From Patescibacteria group bacterium (GTDB lineage Bacteria; Patescibacteriota; WWE3; 2-01-FULL-39-13): a stretch of 64,000 bases of DNA. The position numbers and the translations under genes were made by a program. Location of the stretch: the NCBI GenBank assembly GCA_048499955.1, contig JASNYX010000005.1, forward strand, positions 27,401 through 91,400, given 5' to 3'. Position 1 is the first letter of the stretch; each line of letters begins with the position of its first letter. Of the stretch, positions 38,101 to 49,500 are shown one piece after another. The notes beneath the pieces are model-generated. The model searched no databases. It saw only the letters and a list, made by a program, of their open reading frames with translations, and had not been told where the DNA came from.

Positions 38101-40251
38101 TCATTCTACACCAGGAAGTGTAAAAGAGAAAACAGAACCTTTACCTTCTTCACTGTCTACCCAGATATGTCCTCCTTGCCTTTCGATGATTTCCTTAGAT
38201 ATAAACAAACCCAAACCTAAGCCCCCAAAAGTAGAACCCGAAATGCCTCCGACTCTATAAAATCTATCGAAAATTTTTAATTGGTCATCAATGGGAATAC
38301 CAATTCCCAAGTCTTTAATTGCGACTTTTACCATCTTTTCCTTGCGTACAACTTCTACTGTGACTTCTGTCGAGTCCGGAGAGTATTTAACAGCATTGGA
38401 AATTAAATTAACAAGGACTTGAGATGTTCGATCTTTGTCGGCATAAACACTTGTTCCGGATTCCCCAACAATCCTAATTTTATGAGTCGATGATATTCTT
38501 TGCATTTCTTCAACGACTTCAGCAACTAAAGCATCAATCGAAATTTTCTCCATATTGAAACTTAATGTGCCACCTTCCATACGAGTCGTATCAAGTAACT
38601 CCCGAATCAATTTTGTTAAACGATCGATTTGGAGATTCATTTTGTCTAGTAGTCCGGCAGAGATTTCATCGCCCCTATCGCTAAATCGTTTATGAAGAAT
38701 TTGGGCATACGCTTTCACGCTAGTTACAGGAGTTTTTAATTCATGAGAAGCAATTCCGATGAACTCTTCTTTTTGCTTCTCAAGCTTTTTCAGTTCAGTA
38801 ATATTAGCACTTGACATCACGACTCCATGATTTGGAAATGCCAAACGACTGGCATACATTAAAAACCAATAATTTTTACCTTCCTTTTCTAACGTGTATT
38901 CAATTGTAAACTCAGAATTGTCATTGTTTAAAATAGACCTTATACCTTCCACAATAGATTCATATTGCTTTCTTGAAACCTCATCCTCAGATATGTTCAT
39001 GAATTTATTTGCTTCTGAGATGTAATTTCCTTTCAAAAAGCTAGTTCCGAAGAATCTTTTCCAGGTTCGATTCACGCGGATAATTTCACCATTCTCATCT
39101 AAAACAGCTACCATAGAATTCATACTGTTTAAGATTGAGTCTTTTAGGCTTTCGCTCTTTATGAGAGCATCTCGTGAGTTTCTGATTTCAGATGTCCGTT
39201 GCTCACTTACTTCTCTCGACATAATCTGATTTCTCATATTTATGAAAGTTAATAGAGACATCAAGAACCCTAATAAAACGATAAGCGGAATAAACCGGCG
39301 GTCAGAGCCTCCAAAGAAAGACGGCGTCGTAGTGAGTTCGACTGTCCAAAAATGCCCTTCAACCGGAACAATAACAGTTAGTGCTCTTGATCCCAGGTTT
39401 TTTCTAGCCATCTCAACCAACACCCCCATCAAGGTATCGTCGGTCTCTTTACTCTCATTTGTGAATACCAAATTTTCAGATGAAATTACTTTTCCATCAT
39501 AAATCTTTATTTGAAATTCATTGTTTTCTACAGGATCGAGTATTTTACGCATAAAATTTTGCATATGTAACGGGCTATATACAAAACCAGCAAGTTGAGT
39601 TTGACGTTCTTCTATAGTTGTCGGCATAACATCGTTTCGATATATTGGAGAATAAATTACAAAACCTTCAACTCCATCAACTAAGGTAATTTTATCGGTA
39701 GCGAAAGGAACTCCAAGATCAGCTGCACGTTGCATCGCCTTCATTAATAAAGGCTCAGAACTTAAGTCATATCCAAAATCTCTAAAACCATTCAGCTCTA
39801 ACGGCTGCAAATATGTAACGGGAAAATACTCCGAAGCAGATGACTCAGGGTGTACACGGAAAGATTCTCCTACCATCGTGTGCATTTCAGACAAAAACAA
39901 ATCGAGTTCTTCCTGTTGGACTCTTCTTGCATAGCCAAGACCTTCGATACCGGGGAAATTGTTGCGAATCTCCATTCCCCTCGCAAAAGCTCTAAAATCG
40001 TTGTAAGTAGCATCTTGTTTAACAATGAACAACCCGGACGCAGCCCTAAGAACATTTATGTTGCTGTTTAGTGCTGAGGACATCTCATCTTCTATATAAC
40101 GTATAAAGGTATTGAAACGGATAGAATCTTTTTCTTCAGCGTTATACCAAACATATATAGTCGTCATCACGGTAATCAAAAACCCGGCGACTAGAACAAA
40201 ATAGGCCGGAAATAGTTTCTTTGTAAATATTCGTGTAAATTTTAATGCCAT
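38101..40251 (-). CDS. sensor histidine kinase: 2 TM flanking periplasmic CHASE-like domain, PAS, HisKA, HATPase_c
   Basis: H-box 'ASHELKTP', N-box 'LISNAVKYS', G-boxes 'DLGIGIP' and 'GGLGLGL'. The periplasmic block of about 250 aa carries CHASE-like features. Confidence 0.75.
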   Translation of the reverse strand: MALKFTRIFTKKLFPAYFVLVAGFLITVMTTIYVWYNAEEKDSIRFNTFIRYIEDEMSSALNSNINVLRAASGLFIVKQDATYNDFRAFARGMEIRNNFPGIEGLGYARRVQQEELDLFLSEMHTMVGESFRVHPESSASEYFPVTYLQPLELNGFRDFGYDLSSEPLLMKAMQRAADLGVPFATDKITLVDGVEGFVIYSPIYRNDVMPTTIEERQTQLAGFVYSPLHMQNFMRKILDPVENNEFQIKIYDGKVISSENLVFTNESKETDDTLMGVLVEMARKNLGSRALTVIVPVEGHFWTVELTTTPSFFGGSDRRFIPLIVLLGFLMSLLTFINMRNQIMSREVSEQRTSEIRNSRDALIKSESLKDSILNSMNSMVAVLDENGEIIRVNRTWKRFFGTSFLKGNYISEANKFMNISEDEVSRKQYESIVEGIRSILNNDNSEFTIEYTLEKEGKNYWFLMYASRLAFPNHGVVMSSANITELKKLEKQKEEFIGIASHELKTPVTSVKAYAQILHKRFSDRGDEISAGLLDKMNLQIDRLTKLIRELLDTTRMEGGTLSFNMEKISIDALVAEVVEEMQRISSTHKIRIVGESGTSVYADKDRTSQVLVNLISNAVKYSPDSTEVTVEVVRKEKMVKVAIKDLGIGIPIDDQLKIFDRFYRVGGISGSTFGGLGLGLFISKEIIERQGGHIWVDSEEGKGSVFSFTLPGVE

Positions 40252-40287
40252 GCTCGAATTTATTATATCAGCTAACTAATTAGCCAA

Positions 40288-40605
40288 TTGAAGACTTTAA
40301 GGAAAGCTATGGACTTCAATTCATGTTCGTATTATATTCGGGTCATGATAATGAACATCAACGAGCCGGTTTCGGTCACGCTTATATACAATGGGGATTT
40401 GAGGAAAATAAAGATTTCATCTTTGAAGTGGAGAAATCGCATATACGCAGTGAATGCAATAGACCTCCATCACTACTACCGAAAAGGAGAAACTCTCTTA
40501 CATGTCTTCTCAATTTCTACAAGAGATTTATATTTTCGCCTTTTGTTTAATACTAATAACCTTTCGTGGATAGTTGAACAAATCGCTGATGGTAAACCGG
40601 AATAA
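40288..40605 (+). CDS. small ORF upstream of Y-family polymerase, possibly YolD-like
   Basis: Roughly 85-105 aa. The pattern 'VSVTLIYNGDLRKIKISS...IYAVNAID' loosely resembles the YolD family, which commonly precedes Y-family polymerase genes. Weak. Confidence 0.25.
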   Translation: MKTLRKAMDFNSCSYYIRVMIMNINEPVSVTLIYNGDLRKIKISSLKWRNRIYAVNAIDLHHYYRKGETLLHVFSISTRDLYFRLLFNTNNLSWIVEQIADGKPE

Positions 40606-40639
40606 AATTTCACAATTTAATCCCGCACTGCCTGAGATC

Positions 40640-41845
40640 ATGCACATCGATATTAATTCCTGCTTTGCGACCATTGAACAGCAAGCAAATAGATTCCTTC
40701 GAGGAAAGCCTGTAATCATTGCCCCATATCGATCAGAGATATCAACTGTAATTGCTGCATCTATTGAAGCAAAAGCCTTAGGCATTAAAGGTGGTATGAA
40801 AGTTTTCGAAGCCAAAAATATATACCCGGGAATAATAGTCGTTGAACCTGACCCCTGGAAATACAGGACTGTTCATCTGAAATTGCGTAAACTGTTGTCT
40901 CTTTATACTGATCTGGTAGTTCCTAAATCAATCGATGAGTTTGTTCTAAACATGAAACATAGGCGAAGCCACCTTACACAAAATGAGATGGTAAACATAG
41001 GATGCGACATTAAAACAAGGATTCAAAAAGAAATCGGAGAATGCATATATGTCAGCATCGGAATCAGCACAAATCGATATTTATCTAAAGTCGCCTCAAA
41101 TTTAAAGAAACCGAACGGCCTTGAAATAGTAGATATCACAAACTACCTCAAAGTATATTCCCGGTTACAGCTAACGGAGCTTCCGGGGATCAAAGCTCGG
41201 AATGCTTTACGCCTGAATAAAATGGGAATCTATACTACAACTGATTTATATGCGGCCTCTGAACAAACTCTTAGGTTTGCATTTCACTCGATAAATGGTC
41301 ACTACTGGTATTTGCGAATTAGAGGTTGGGAAATAGATGATTACGAATCGGAAAGAAAATCATTCGGACATTCCTATGTGCTAAAAGAAAAAATTGAAAA
41401 GAAGCCGGATGCCTTGCCTATACTGTACAAGTTGATAGTTAAAATGGCTTTTAGGCTACGAAAAAAAAATTACCAAGCAAAAGGATTAAGCGTAGCATTT
41501 TATTTTAAAGATAATACTTATTGGAACAAGAGTTGGAAACTACCCAAGTTCACGTTTTATTCATATGACTTTTATACGGAAGCTAAAAATATTTTTGAAT
41601 ATGAATGTCCTGATAAGCCCTTAAAACAAATAGCGGTTTCATGCTTTGATCTCACTAACTCAAATCTGTTTCAAGATAATCTGTTTGAGAATTTATCCCG
41701 AAAGAAAAACTTAAGTAAGGCATTGGATAACATAAATATTAAATGGGGAGACTTTGTAATCAAACCGGCAGTGCTTTGTCATGTGCCGAATAGTGCACCG
41801 GATCGAATATCTTTTGGAGGCATCAAAGATCTCGATGGATTTTAA
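40640..41845 (+). CDS. dinB: Y-family DNA polymerase (Pol IV/DinB-like)
   Basis: 'MHIDINSCFATIEQQ' (compare DinB 'hvDmDaFFAsvE') followed by 'KPVIIAP'. Start taken at the internal ATG 40640. Confidence 0.7.
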   Translation: MHIDINSCFATIEQQANRFLRGKPVIIAPYRSEISTVIAASIEAKALGIKGGMKVFEAKNIYPGIIVVEPDPWKYRTVHLKLRKLLSLYTDLVVPKSIDEFVLNMKHRRSHLTQNEMVNIGCDIKTRIQKEIGECIYVSIGISTNRYLSKVASNLKKPNGLEIVDITNYLKVYSRLQLTELPGIKARNALRLNKMGIYTTTDLYAASEQTLRFAFHSINGHYWYLRIRGWEIDDYESERKSFGHSYVLKEKIEKKPDALPILYKLIVKMAFRLRKKNYQAKGLSVAFYFKDNTYWNKSWKLPKFTFYSYDFYTEAKNIFEYECPDKPLKQIAVSCFDLTNSNLFQDNLFENLSRKKNLSKALDNINIKWGDFVIKPAVLCHVPNSAPDRISFGGIKDLDGF

Positions 41846-42100
41846 TTTTCAAAAACAGATAATGTGAATCACGCAACAACAAGCATAATTTGAACAAAAA
41901 TTCACAGCAAAATTAAATTAGATATTGACAAGTTAACGATAAACTACAACAATTGCTTTATACATGGTTTCGTTCCGTTCTACCAAACGGAAAATGCGAA
42001 AGCATTCGTAAACGAGACCAGTAACTGTCAAGGATTATTACATCTCTAAGAAGTATTAATCCTGCCCGATAGTAAATACCTTAGGAGGTGAATCAATCAA

Positions 42101-42280
42101 ATGCCAGTAAAAAGAAAAGCAACCAGAAAGACTGCAACCAGAAAACCAGCTGCTAGAAAAACTGCAGTTAAGAGAACCAAAACATCTGCACTAAAAACTC
42201 CTAGAAGAAAAACTGCAGCAAAGAAAACTACTGTTCGAAAGACTACCGCTAGAAAGCCAGTTAAAAGAAGCAAAAAGTAA
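42101..42280 (+). CDS. 59-aa highly basic Lys/Arg/Thr/Ala-repeat protein, histone H1-like nucleoid-protein candidate (not in ORF track)
   Basis: Strong SD 'TAGGAGGTG' 10 nt upstream of the ATG. Translation: MPVKRKATRKTATRKPAARKTAVKRTKTSALKTPRRKTAAKKTTVRKTTARKPVKRSKK. A hairpin plus T-run follows the gene. Confidence 0.55.
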   Translation: MPVKRKATRKTATRKPAARKTAVKRTKTSALKTPRRKTAAKKTTVRKTTARKPVKRSKK

Positions 42281-42457
42281 GTTGAACCGATCCAGGATCA
42301 AGATTAGGATCAAGGTCGGAAATCACTACCTTGCAAAGAAGCGGGAAGAAACATTTCTGGATTTCCGGAAATGTTTCACGGTAGAAATATGAAAAGGCGC
42401 GGAAACTTAAGTACGCGTCTTTTTTAATTCCTAAAAAACATATGGCAAACGGAAAAC

Positions 42458-43252
42458 TTACTGAGGAATGGAGTCGAGTGAGACGATCTGTGGGTACTGT
42501 GATAGCAACTGACTGACTTGATCAGACAAAAATTCAATATTAAAAACTACCAATTCAAGAGAAGCAGCCAAAAAGGTAGTCTGCGATTCATTCCCTACTT
42601 TCACGCCTCGGCTTTCAATACTGGATTTTAAAGAAGCCAGATTCGCATTATTCGTCAATATTTTCATCTGGGCAGAAGCTCTGTCAACGCTATGTAAGTC
42701 TTCAGCAACAGCTTCAGAGATTCTTTGATACGAATAATAAGGAGTAAGTGATTTTACAACTCCGAGATTCCGAATTTCATCTAAACGGCTTCTATTTGTC
42801 CAAATAAGGAAACTGTTTTTCTCGAAAGGTGAAACTATTGTTCCAAAATTTGCCAAGGCCTGAACCTTCGAGTTATAAACAGGTTCAACAATTTCGACAA
42901 CCCAAATCCCCTGTCCATCAGATGCTATAGAATGATCATAGGGCAAGTCAGAAAAAGGTATACTCAAAGACTCCAACTTAGAATAATCTGTTTTTGTTAT
43001 TTTCAACCGAAAGAAATTATCATTTACAGATAAAATTTTCGTCACTCCAAAGTATTTAATTACATCCTGATCGGAAATATTTTGTCGGGAAATCTGGACT
43101 ACACGATCTATATCATAAACCCTGGGAGTGCCTTCAGATGTTACGCCTCTAGATAACCAATATAAATAGAAACCTACACCCACACCTACTAGAGATAAAA
43201 CCAATATAAGCATTACAATATATTTCAATTTTGTTTTAGTTCCTGTTGTCAT
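42458..43252 (-). CDS. membrane-anchored hypothetical protein
   Basis: N-terminal TM helix. No motif recognised. Confidence 0.4.
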   Translation of the reverse strand: MTTGTKTKLKYIVMLILVLSLVGVGVGFYLYWLSRGVTSEGTPRVYDIDRVVQISRQNISDQDVIKYFGVTKILSVNDNFFRLKITKTDYSKLESLSIPFSDLPYDHSIASDGQGIWVVEIVEPVYNSKVQALANFGTIVSPFEKNSFLIWTNRSRLDEIRNLGVVKSLTPYYSYQRISEAVAEDLHSVDRASAQMKILTNNANLASLKSSIESRGVKVGNESQTTFLAASLELVVFNIEFLSDQVSQLLSQYPQIVSLDSIPQ

Positions 43253-44204
43253 CTATTGCTCGCCTTCCTGCAACTGAACCTGCAATATCTTTACCATCAC
43301 GATCTCCGTAAGGGTAAACAACGATCACCGATCCATGCTCTTTACTAATTTCGGTTAAAACTTGCAATTCACGCAATCGAATACCACCATCCGAAGATAA
43401 AAGAATCTTACTTGCTTGTGCGGTTTTATGTGCAACTTCTACTTCTGCATTTGCTTGAATAAGTTTAGCTTCTGCAGATCTTCTCGCTCTGGCGATTACA
43501 GCTAATTCCTCTATCAAGCTTGGAGGTGTATCTATATCGGTGATTCTTACTGCACGAACATCAATTCCATACACCGAAGCATTTTCGTCGATTTGTAGCT
43601 TAAGGGATTCAGCGATTTGCTCCCTCTCGCTTAATAATTCTCTGAGGTCTAAACTTCCGATAGTGTTTTTTAAGGCTTCCGTGGATAGCCATGTTACTGA
43701 ATTCTTATAATCTCTGACGTCGATAACCGCTTTTTGCGGATCTTCCACTTTATATTCAATTGCTGCTGTAACCTTTGTGGGAACATTATCTTTAGTGAGT
43801 GTTGCGGTAGCCTCTACCTGATTGGTTTCAAGGCGTGTATCAACTATTGAGGCAACAGAATAAATAAAGGGAGGTATAATGAAAAATCCTGCTCCGCGTA
43901 CTCCATCAAATTTCCCTAAACGTAATATCACCATTTTTTCATATTCCGGAAGGATATAAAACATCCCTGAAATAATTCTGGCAACCCACCCGCAAAACAG
44001 CAAAGCAGGCAGAGCAAGAACGAATCCGGAGTCAAATGCATTACGGGAAAAACCATATAACGGAAGTGCAATAATGATAGCTAAAAGTATAAAAGAAATG
44101 ACAAAAGCAATAAATCTGATAAATCCCTGAACGGAATTTGTGTTCGAGGTATCAGGATACCTAATATTCATATTATATAATTGTACACTAAGCTCTACGA
44201 GCAA
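43236..44204 (-). CDS. SPFH/Band 7 (stomatin/HflKC-like) domain protein
   Basis: N-terminal TM helices, SPFH core and a C-terminal coiled region 'RARRSAEAKLIQANAEVEVAHKTAQA'. Confidence 0.7.
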   Translation of the reverse strand: MLVELSVQLYNMNIRYPDTSNTNSVQGFIRFIAFVISFILLAIIIALPLYGFSRNAFDSGFVLALPALLFCGWVARIISGMFYILPEYEKMVILRLGKFDGVRGAGFFIIPPFIYSVASIVDTRLETNQVEATATLTKDNVPTKVTAAIEYKVEDPQKAVIDVRDYKNSVTWLSTEALKNTIGSLDLRELLSEREQIAESLKLQIDENASVYGIDVRAVRITDIDTPPSLIEELAVIARARRSAEAKLIQANAEVEVAHKTAQASKILLSSDGGIRLRELQVLTEISKEHGSVIVVYPYGDRDGKDIAGSVAGRRAIDDNRN

Positions 44205-44265
44205 ACATGATTAAGGAAGGCCAAACCATTGCGAATTCAGCTATTTTAGATGAAAATGAGCATAA

Positions 44266-44724
44266 ATGGAATTTCAGTTTTCAAATCCACACGAGTTGGA
44301 GAAAATAATTAAAGATCAGATTGACCTCTCTGCAGGTAATATACTCTGTCTGGAAGGAGAAATGGGTGCAGGAAAAACAACTTTCACACAAATATTGGGA
44401 GGCCTGTTAGGAATTACAAATCAAATTAACTCACCTACTTTTATTATCCATAACGAGTATTTGATACCCGACAAGCCAGAACTAACAAATCAAAGAACTC
44501 TGCATCACCTTGATCTATATAGAATCGAGTCAAAATCTGAACTGGTAGAACTTAAGTTACCTGAAGCTTTCAAAACCTACGATATTGTATCCATAGAATG
44601 GGCAGACAAATTTAAGCCTGAGATTCTGCACACCATTGAGAAGACCGGAATGAATGCACTTTGGATTCAAATACAAACTGTAACTGAAAACCTAAGAACT
44701 ATAAATTTCGAGAAAATAATATGA
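44266..44724 (+). CDS. tsaE: tRNA t6A biosynthesis ATPase TsaE (YjeE)
   Basis: P-loop 'GEMGAGKTTF' and 'SPTF'. Confidence 0.75.
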   Translation: MEFQFSNPHELEKIIKDQIDLSAGNILCLEGEMGAGKTTFTQILGGLLGITNQINSPTFIIHNEYLIPDKPELTNQRTLHHLDLYRIESKSELVELKLPEAFKTYDIVSIEWADKFKPEILHTIEKTGMNALWIQIQTVTENLRTINFEKII

Positions 44725-45812
44725 AAATACTAGCTATCGATACCAGTTGCGATGATACTTCCGTTGCTATCTCTGAAGATTTACGGATTTTAGCTAATGT
44801 CTTCTGGTCTAAAATAAAAACACATGAAAAATGGGGTGGCGTGGTTCCTAATGAAGCAAAACGCCAACATGAAGAATTCCTCGATCCTGCTATAGAAGAA
44901 TCCCTAAATCAAAGTGCCTTAAAATTGGAGGAAATCGATGCTATAGCAGTAACTTATGGCCCCGGACTTGCAGTAGCACTTGAAGCCGGTGTAAAAAAGG
45001 CCAAAGAGCTGGCATCTAACTATAAAAAACCGTTAATTCCTGTAAATCACATGATCGGGCATATTTACAGTAACCTTTCACGAGATATTAACAATAACAG
45101 TCTTTCCGGTTTAACAGAATTCAAATTTCCCCTTTTTGCTTTAACCATATCAGGTGGACACACTGATTTGTATTTGATGAAAAATCACTTTGAGTTTGAA
45201 CATCTTGCGTATACATTAGACGATGCGATTGGTGAATCTTTTGACAAAGTTGGCAGGTTGCTCGGACTAGGCTTTCCCGCAGGAGCAAAAATTGAACTGC
45301 TTGCTCAAGCAGGAGACCCAAACAGATACGCATTTCCTCGACCAATGAGCAACTCACAAGAATTTAGATGGAGTTATTCAGGTCTTAAAACAGCAGTCTT
45401 ATATGAGGTCAAAAAGATCCAAGGTGAATATCATTCAAAACCGGGGAAAAACGTATATAAGTTGGAAGATGAATCATCGAAACTTACCGAAAAAGAGACC
45501 GTCGACCTTGCCGCATCATTTCAACAAGCAGCAATCGAAACATTACTTAATAAAATCGAGATGGCATATAAAAAGTATAGTGATGTAAAAACTATTGTTA
45601 TTGGGGGAGGAGTAATCGCGAATACAACACTTCGAGATCAGCTGAAAAATCTTTCCGATAATTATGGTGTAGAAATTTACTATCCGAAACCAATGTGGCT
45701 TTGCACAGATAATGCGGCAATGATTGCAACTGCAGCACATTTTTATTTTGATTACGGACTGGTCGAAAAAAACATTGATTCTCTTCAGAGAGTTCCGGGT
45801 TTGAGCATATAA
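44721..45812 (+). CDS. tsaD: tRNA N6-adenosine threonylcarbamoyltransferase TsaD (Kae1/Qri7 family)
   Basis: 'ILAIDTSCDDTSVAI', metal-binding 'VNHMIGHI', 'YGPGL' and 'SGGHTDL'. Overlaps tsaE by 4 nt. Confidence 0.8.
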   Translation: MKILAIDTSCDDTSVAISEDLRILANVFWSKIKTHEKWGGVVPNEAKRQHEEFLDPAIEESLNQSALKLEEIDAIAVTYGPGLAVALEAGVKKAKELASNYKKPLIPVNHMIGHIYSNLSRDINNNSLSGLTEFKFPLFALTISGGHTDLYLMKNHFEFEHLAYTLDDAIGESFDKVGRLLGLGFPAGAKIELLAQAGDPNRYAFPRPMSNSQEFRWSYSGLKTAVLYEVKKIQGEYHSKPGKNVYKLEDESSKLTEKETVDLAASFQQAAIETLLNKIEMAYKKYSDVKTIVIGGGVIANTTLRDQLKNLSDNYGVEIYYPKPMWLCTDNAAMIATAAHFYFDYGLVEKNIDSLQRVPGLSI

Positions 45813-45858
45813 AAATGAGGCTCCTCTGGCTTACGCCTATGGTATCTTCTCTTGCACA

Positions 45859-46536
45859 GTGCGTTTAAAATCTATTGCTTCGCGATTCCTGCGAATCATC
45901 CACGATCTTACGATCAGGATATTTTCACAGCAAAACATAAAATCTGGTAACATATTAATAAAGATGAAATCCGCTCAATCCCACCTAAAAGCAAAACGCA
46001 ACACCATACTATTCATCGGCTCAATAGTGCTTTCCATAATACTTTATAAATATGGATTTTTCGAAGCCCTCGTTACTGCAACACCTAACTTAAGAGTCTT
46101 ACACACATATTTAGCAGGAATCTTTTTTACTTCAGTTTTTACATTGACTTTTAGCTTATCTCTCTTCGCAGAACTGGTGGAAACCTCACCTATTAAATAC
46201 CTGGTACCAATCGGGGGCTTAGGTGCAATGACCGGGGATCTAATTATTTTTAAGGCAATGAGCAATAAAGTAATACAGAAAGAACGTGATGCAGTATTAG
46301 AAAAAGTCAAAAGACTACCTTTGAAAAAAATTATGCACACAAGATTATTCACCATTGGTGCAGCTATAGTTGGAGCGTTAATTATTGCTTCCCCATTTCC
46401 CGACGAGCTCGGAATCGGTTTAATGAGTTTATCCAACCTTAAATTAAAACACTTTCTTTTGATTTCATTAATTGTAAATAGTATTGGGATTTTCTTATTC
46501 TTAACAGCAACTGAATTCATTCTTAACGAATTCTAG
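45859..46536 (+). CDS. polytopic membrane hypothetical protein
   Basis: 5-6 TM helices. The start may be the internal Met near 45964. Confidence 0.4.
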   Translation: MRLKSIASRFLRIIHDLTIRIFSQQNIKSGNILIKMKSAQSHLKAKRNTILFIGSIVLSIILYKYGFFEALVTATPNLRVLHTYLAGIFFTSVFTLTFSLSLFAELVETSPIKYLVPIGGLGAMTGDLIIFKAMSNKVIQKERDAVLEKVKRLPLKKIMHTRLFTIGAAIVGALIIASPFPDELGIGLMSLSNLKLKHFLLISLIVNSIGIFLFLTATEFILNEF

Positions 46537-46548
46537 GCACACATCTTC

Positions 46549-46576
46549 TTACACAATTTTTACAAAAATTTATACT
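46549..46576 (+). promoter_or_regulatory. candidate sigma70-type promoter for giant glucan synthase gene
   Basis: -35 TTACAC (46549-54), 16-bp spacer, -10 TATACT (46571-76), about 20 nt upstream of ATG 46596. Judged by eye, weak. Confidence 0.25.
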
Positions 46577-46595
46577 GCTCTTAAAAGTTTCTGGT

Positions 46596-49500
46596 ATGCT
46601 TGAGTTTGTGCTAAACATCAACTTGAAAAATACACCTAACTACCTGTCCCCGACATACATAAATACAAAATCACTCGAAAAAGAAGTTTATTCAGTAGAT
46701 AAACTTAGGAGTTATGCCAGAACGTTAGCTCATGTATTTAAATCAACCAATAATACATTCGCCGGGAAAAGTTTTGTTGAATATAAAATTGATAATGCGG
46801 AAGAGGTTATTAGCAATGGATACAAAAAGTTTTTAGATGTACTTTCCCAGGGAAAACTTCAGCTACCTTCTACAGCGGAGTGGATAATTGATAACTTCTA
46901 CATTGTTGAAGAACAGTTCAGACGTATTAAGAGTGATTGGAAACCCGGAGTTTATAAAAACTTGCCGGTGCTTACGGTTGAACCGTACCTAAATATGCCG
47001 AGGGTGTATGGGATCGCACAAGAATTAGTATCACATACTGACAACATTATTACCGAGGAAACACTTGTTGAATATCTAAACTATTATCAAAGAGTATCGC
47101 CGCTATCTACTGTTGAAATATGGGCCTTGCCGAATATGCTGAAAATCTGCCTTCTCGAGAATATTAAATTTCTGGTATATAGAGATCTGGAAAACTTACA
47201 AAAGCAGCAACAGGCAAGAGGGACAGCAGAAGACCTAGTTAATATGATAAAGAAGCATGTAAGGCTTGATAATAAAATTGGAAGACTGTTTCCATCTCAG
47301 CAGAAACTTGATACTGATTTTATCGTGTATTTTCTTCAATCTTTACGCGAAGTTGATGTAGAAACAACACAGATCACACAACTAGTCGAAGAAAAAATTC
47401 TCGAACAAGACATTAATATTGATGAATTTATCAGGACTGATATCAACTTTAGAGCTGCAAATAAAGTATCCGTAGGAAATGCCATTACCAGTATCCGCAA
47501 TATCACATCACTCCCTTGGGAAGTACTATTTGAGGAAATCAGTCCGGTTGAAAAATTGTTGAGGCTCGACCCGGGAGGAATTTACACTCAAATGGATTTT
47601 GGGAGTAGAGACAGATATAGGCACGTGATCGAAACTTTGAGCAAACAAAGTAGAATTTCAGAAACCGAAATCGTACGAAGAATTCTTGATCTTGCCAGAC
47701 ACGAAAAAGAAGAAACACCTGGAAACATCAAGGCAGGTCATGTGGGATATTACCTTATTAATAATACCGGGTTAACTAAACTTAAAGCACAAATCCCTTA
47801 TGAACCTGATTTTAAAAACAGATTAATTGATTTTATTAGGATTCACCCAAGATCATCATATTTTCTCAGTCTAACAGGTACTTTAGCACTAATGTTATCG
47901 GCAATATATGGAACCGGGGTTTATTTATCAATCGGAGCAGATTCATTATTTTATCTGGTAACATTTTCAGCAGTAATAATGAGTACTCCTGCGATATCAC
48001 TGGTGAACACAATACTAAGTTCGATTTTGCCTCCAAGCCCGCCTCCGAAAATAGATCTAAAAGCGGGAATCCCGAGCTACGCTAAAACCGCAATTGTTGT
48101 ACCTACCCTAATAAGAAGTAGGGAAAAGATTGACCACTTAATTTCAAATATTGAGAAACACTATTTGGCAAATCTTGATGAGAACATATTTTTAGCAATT
48201 TTATCGGATTATACTGATGCAAAGGAAAAAAACTTAGATGGCGATAGCGAATTGCTCGAATATTTTAAACACGAAATCCAAAAACTTAATGATAAATATA
48301 ATGTAAATAATCCATTCTACCTATTACATAGAGACAGGGTTTTTAACCCAAAAGAAAATAAGTGGATGGGTTGGGAACGGAAGCGCGGCAAGCTTATCGA
48401 ATTTAACAGGTTTATTTCAGGCGACCAAAAAACCACATATACAACGGTAATTGGAGATATTGAGAAACTCAAAGAAATTAAATATGTGATAACACTCGAC
48501 GAAGACACCGAACTACCTATCGGATGTGCACGCAAGTTAGTGGGAGGTATGATACACCCCTTAAACGAACCGGTTATTGATCAAAAACGAAAGGTAGTAA
48601 TAGAAGGATACGGCATAATTCAACCTTTAGTGAGTATACAAGCTCCCTCAGCAGTAGAAAGTTGGTTCTCGAAAAGTTTTGTTAGAGAAAGTGGTGTCGA
48701 TGCGTATTCCGGTATAGTTTCTGAGGTTTACCAGGACTTATTGGGAAGCAGTATATTTAGCGGTAAAGCAATCTATAGTGTCCATGCCTACCGAGAAACC
48801 ATACAAGAACGATTCCCTGAAAATCACCTTCTTAGCCATGACTTAATCGAAGGTGCCTACATGCGAGTTGGTCTAGCATCTGATGTAGAGGTTCTTGAAG
48901 ATTATCCTTCCGGGTTAATTTCATATCTATTGAGACAACACCGATGGATTCGAGGAGACTGGCAAATACTCGAGTGGCTATTGCCGTTCGTTCCGAATTA
49001 TAAGAACCGGCTTGAGAGAAATCCTTTATCTTTAACAGAAAGATGGAAAATTTTTGACAATTTGAGAAGGAGTATCCACCCGATATTTCTAGTTACACTT
49101 TTGTTCATCAGCTGGCTCGGATCTCCGGGTTTTATGCAACTTGCTACAGCTGTTTTTCTCGTTTCACTTCTTGCAGGACCTTTTAGCTACATTTTCAATA
49201 TCATGCGTTTCAGGCCAATCGGCGAACCCTTTTTTGAATATGCGTATATTGTAATTCAAGAAAAGTTCTACGTTTTATTCCAATCAATTCTTCGAGTAAC
49301 CTTTTCGTTACATCAAGCTTATATAAACATAGATGCTATTTTTAGAGTCCTTTTCAGAAAATATATTAGCAGAAAAAAACTACTGGAATGGACAACACAA
49401 CAAGACGTGCAAAAGGCAGAACCTCAGACTCTTTTAGATTATATCGGTCGCATGTGGATTTCCCCACTTCTATCAGTTTTATTTGGAAGCTATCTATTTA

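Noticed and set aside
41846-42100. Sigma70 promoter (TTGACA at about 41925) for the histone-like gene
   Set aside because: The -35 hexamer is perfect, but no convincing -10 lies at 16-18 bp spacing, so it is not reported as a feature.
46044-46520. 158-aa minus-strand ORF overlapping the 45859..46536 membrane protein
   Set aside because: The plus-strand product has clear TM-helix periodicity, whereas the antisense frame is low complexity. The plus-strand call is kept.
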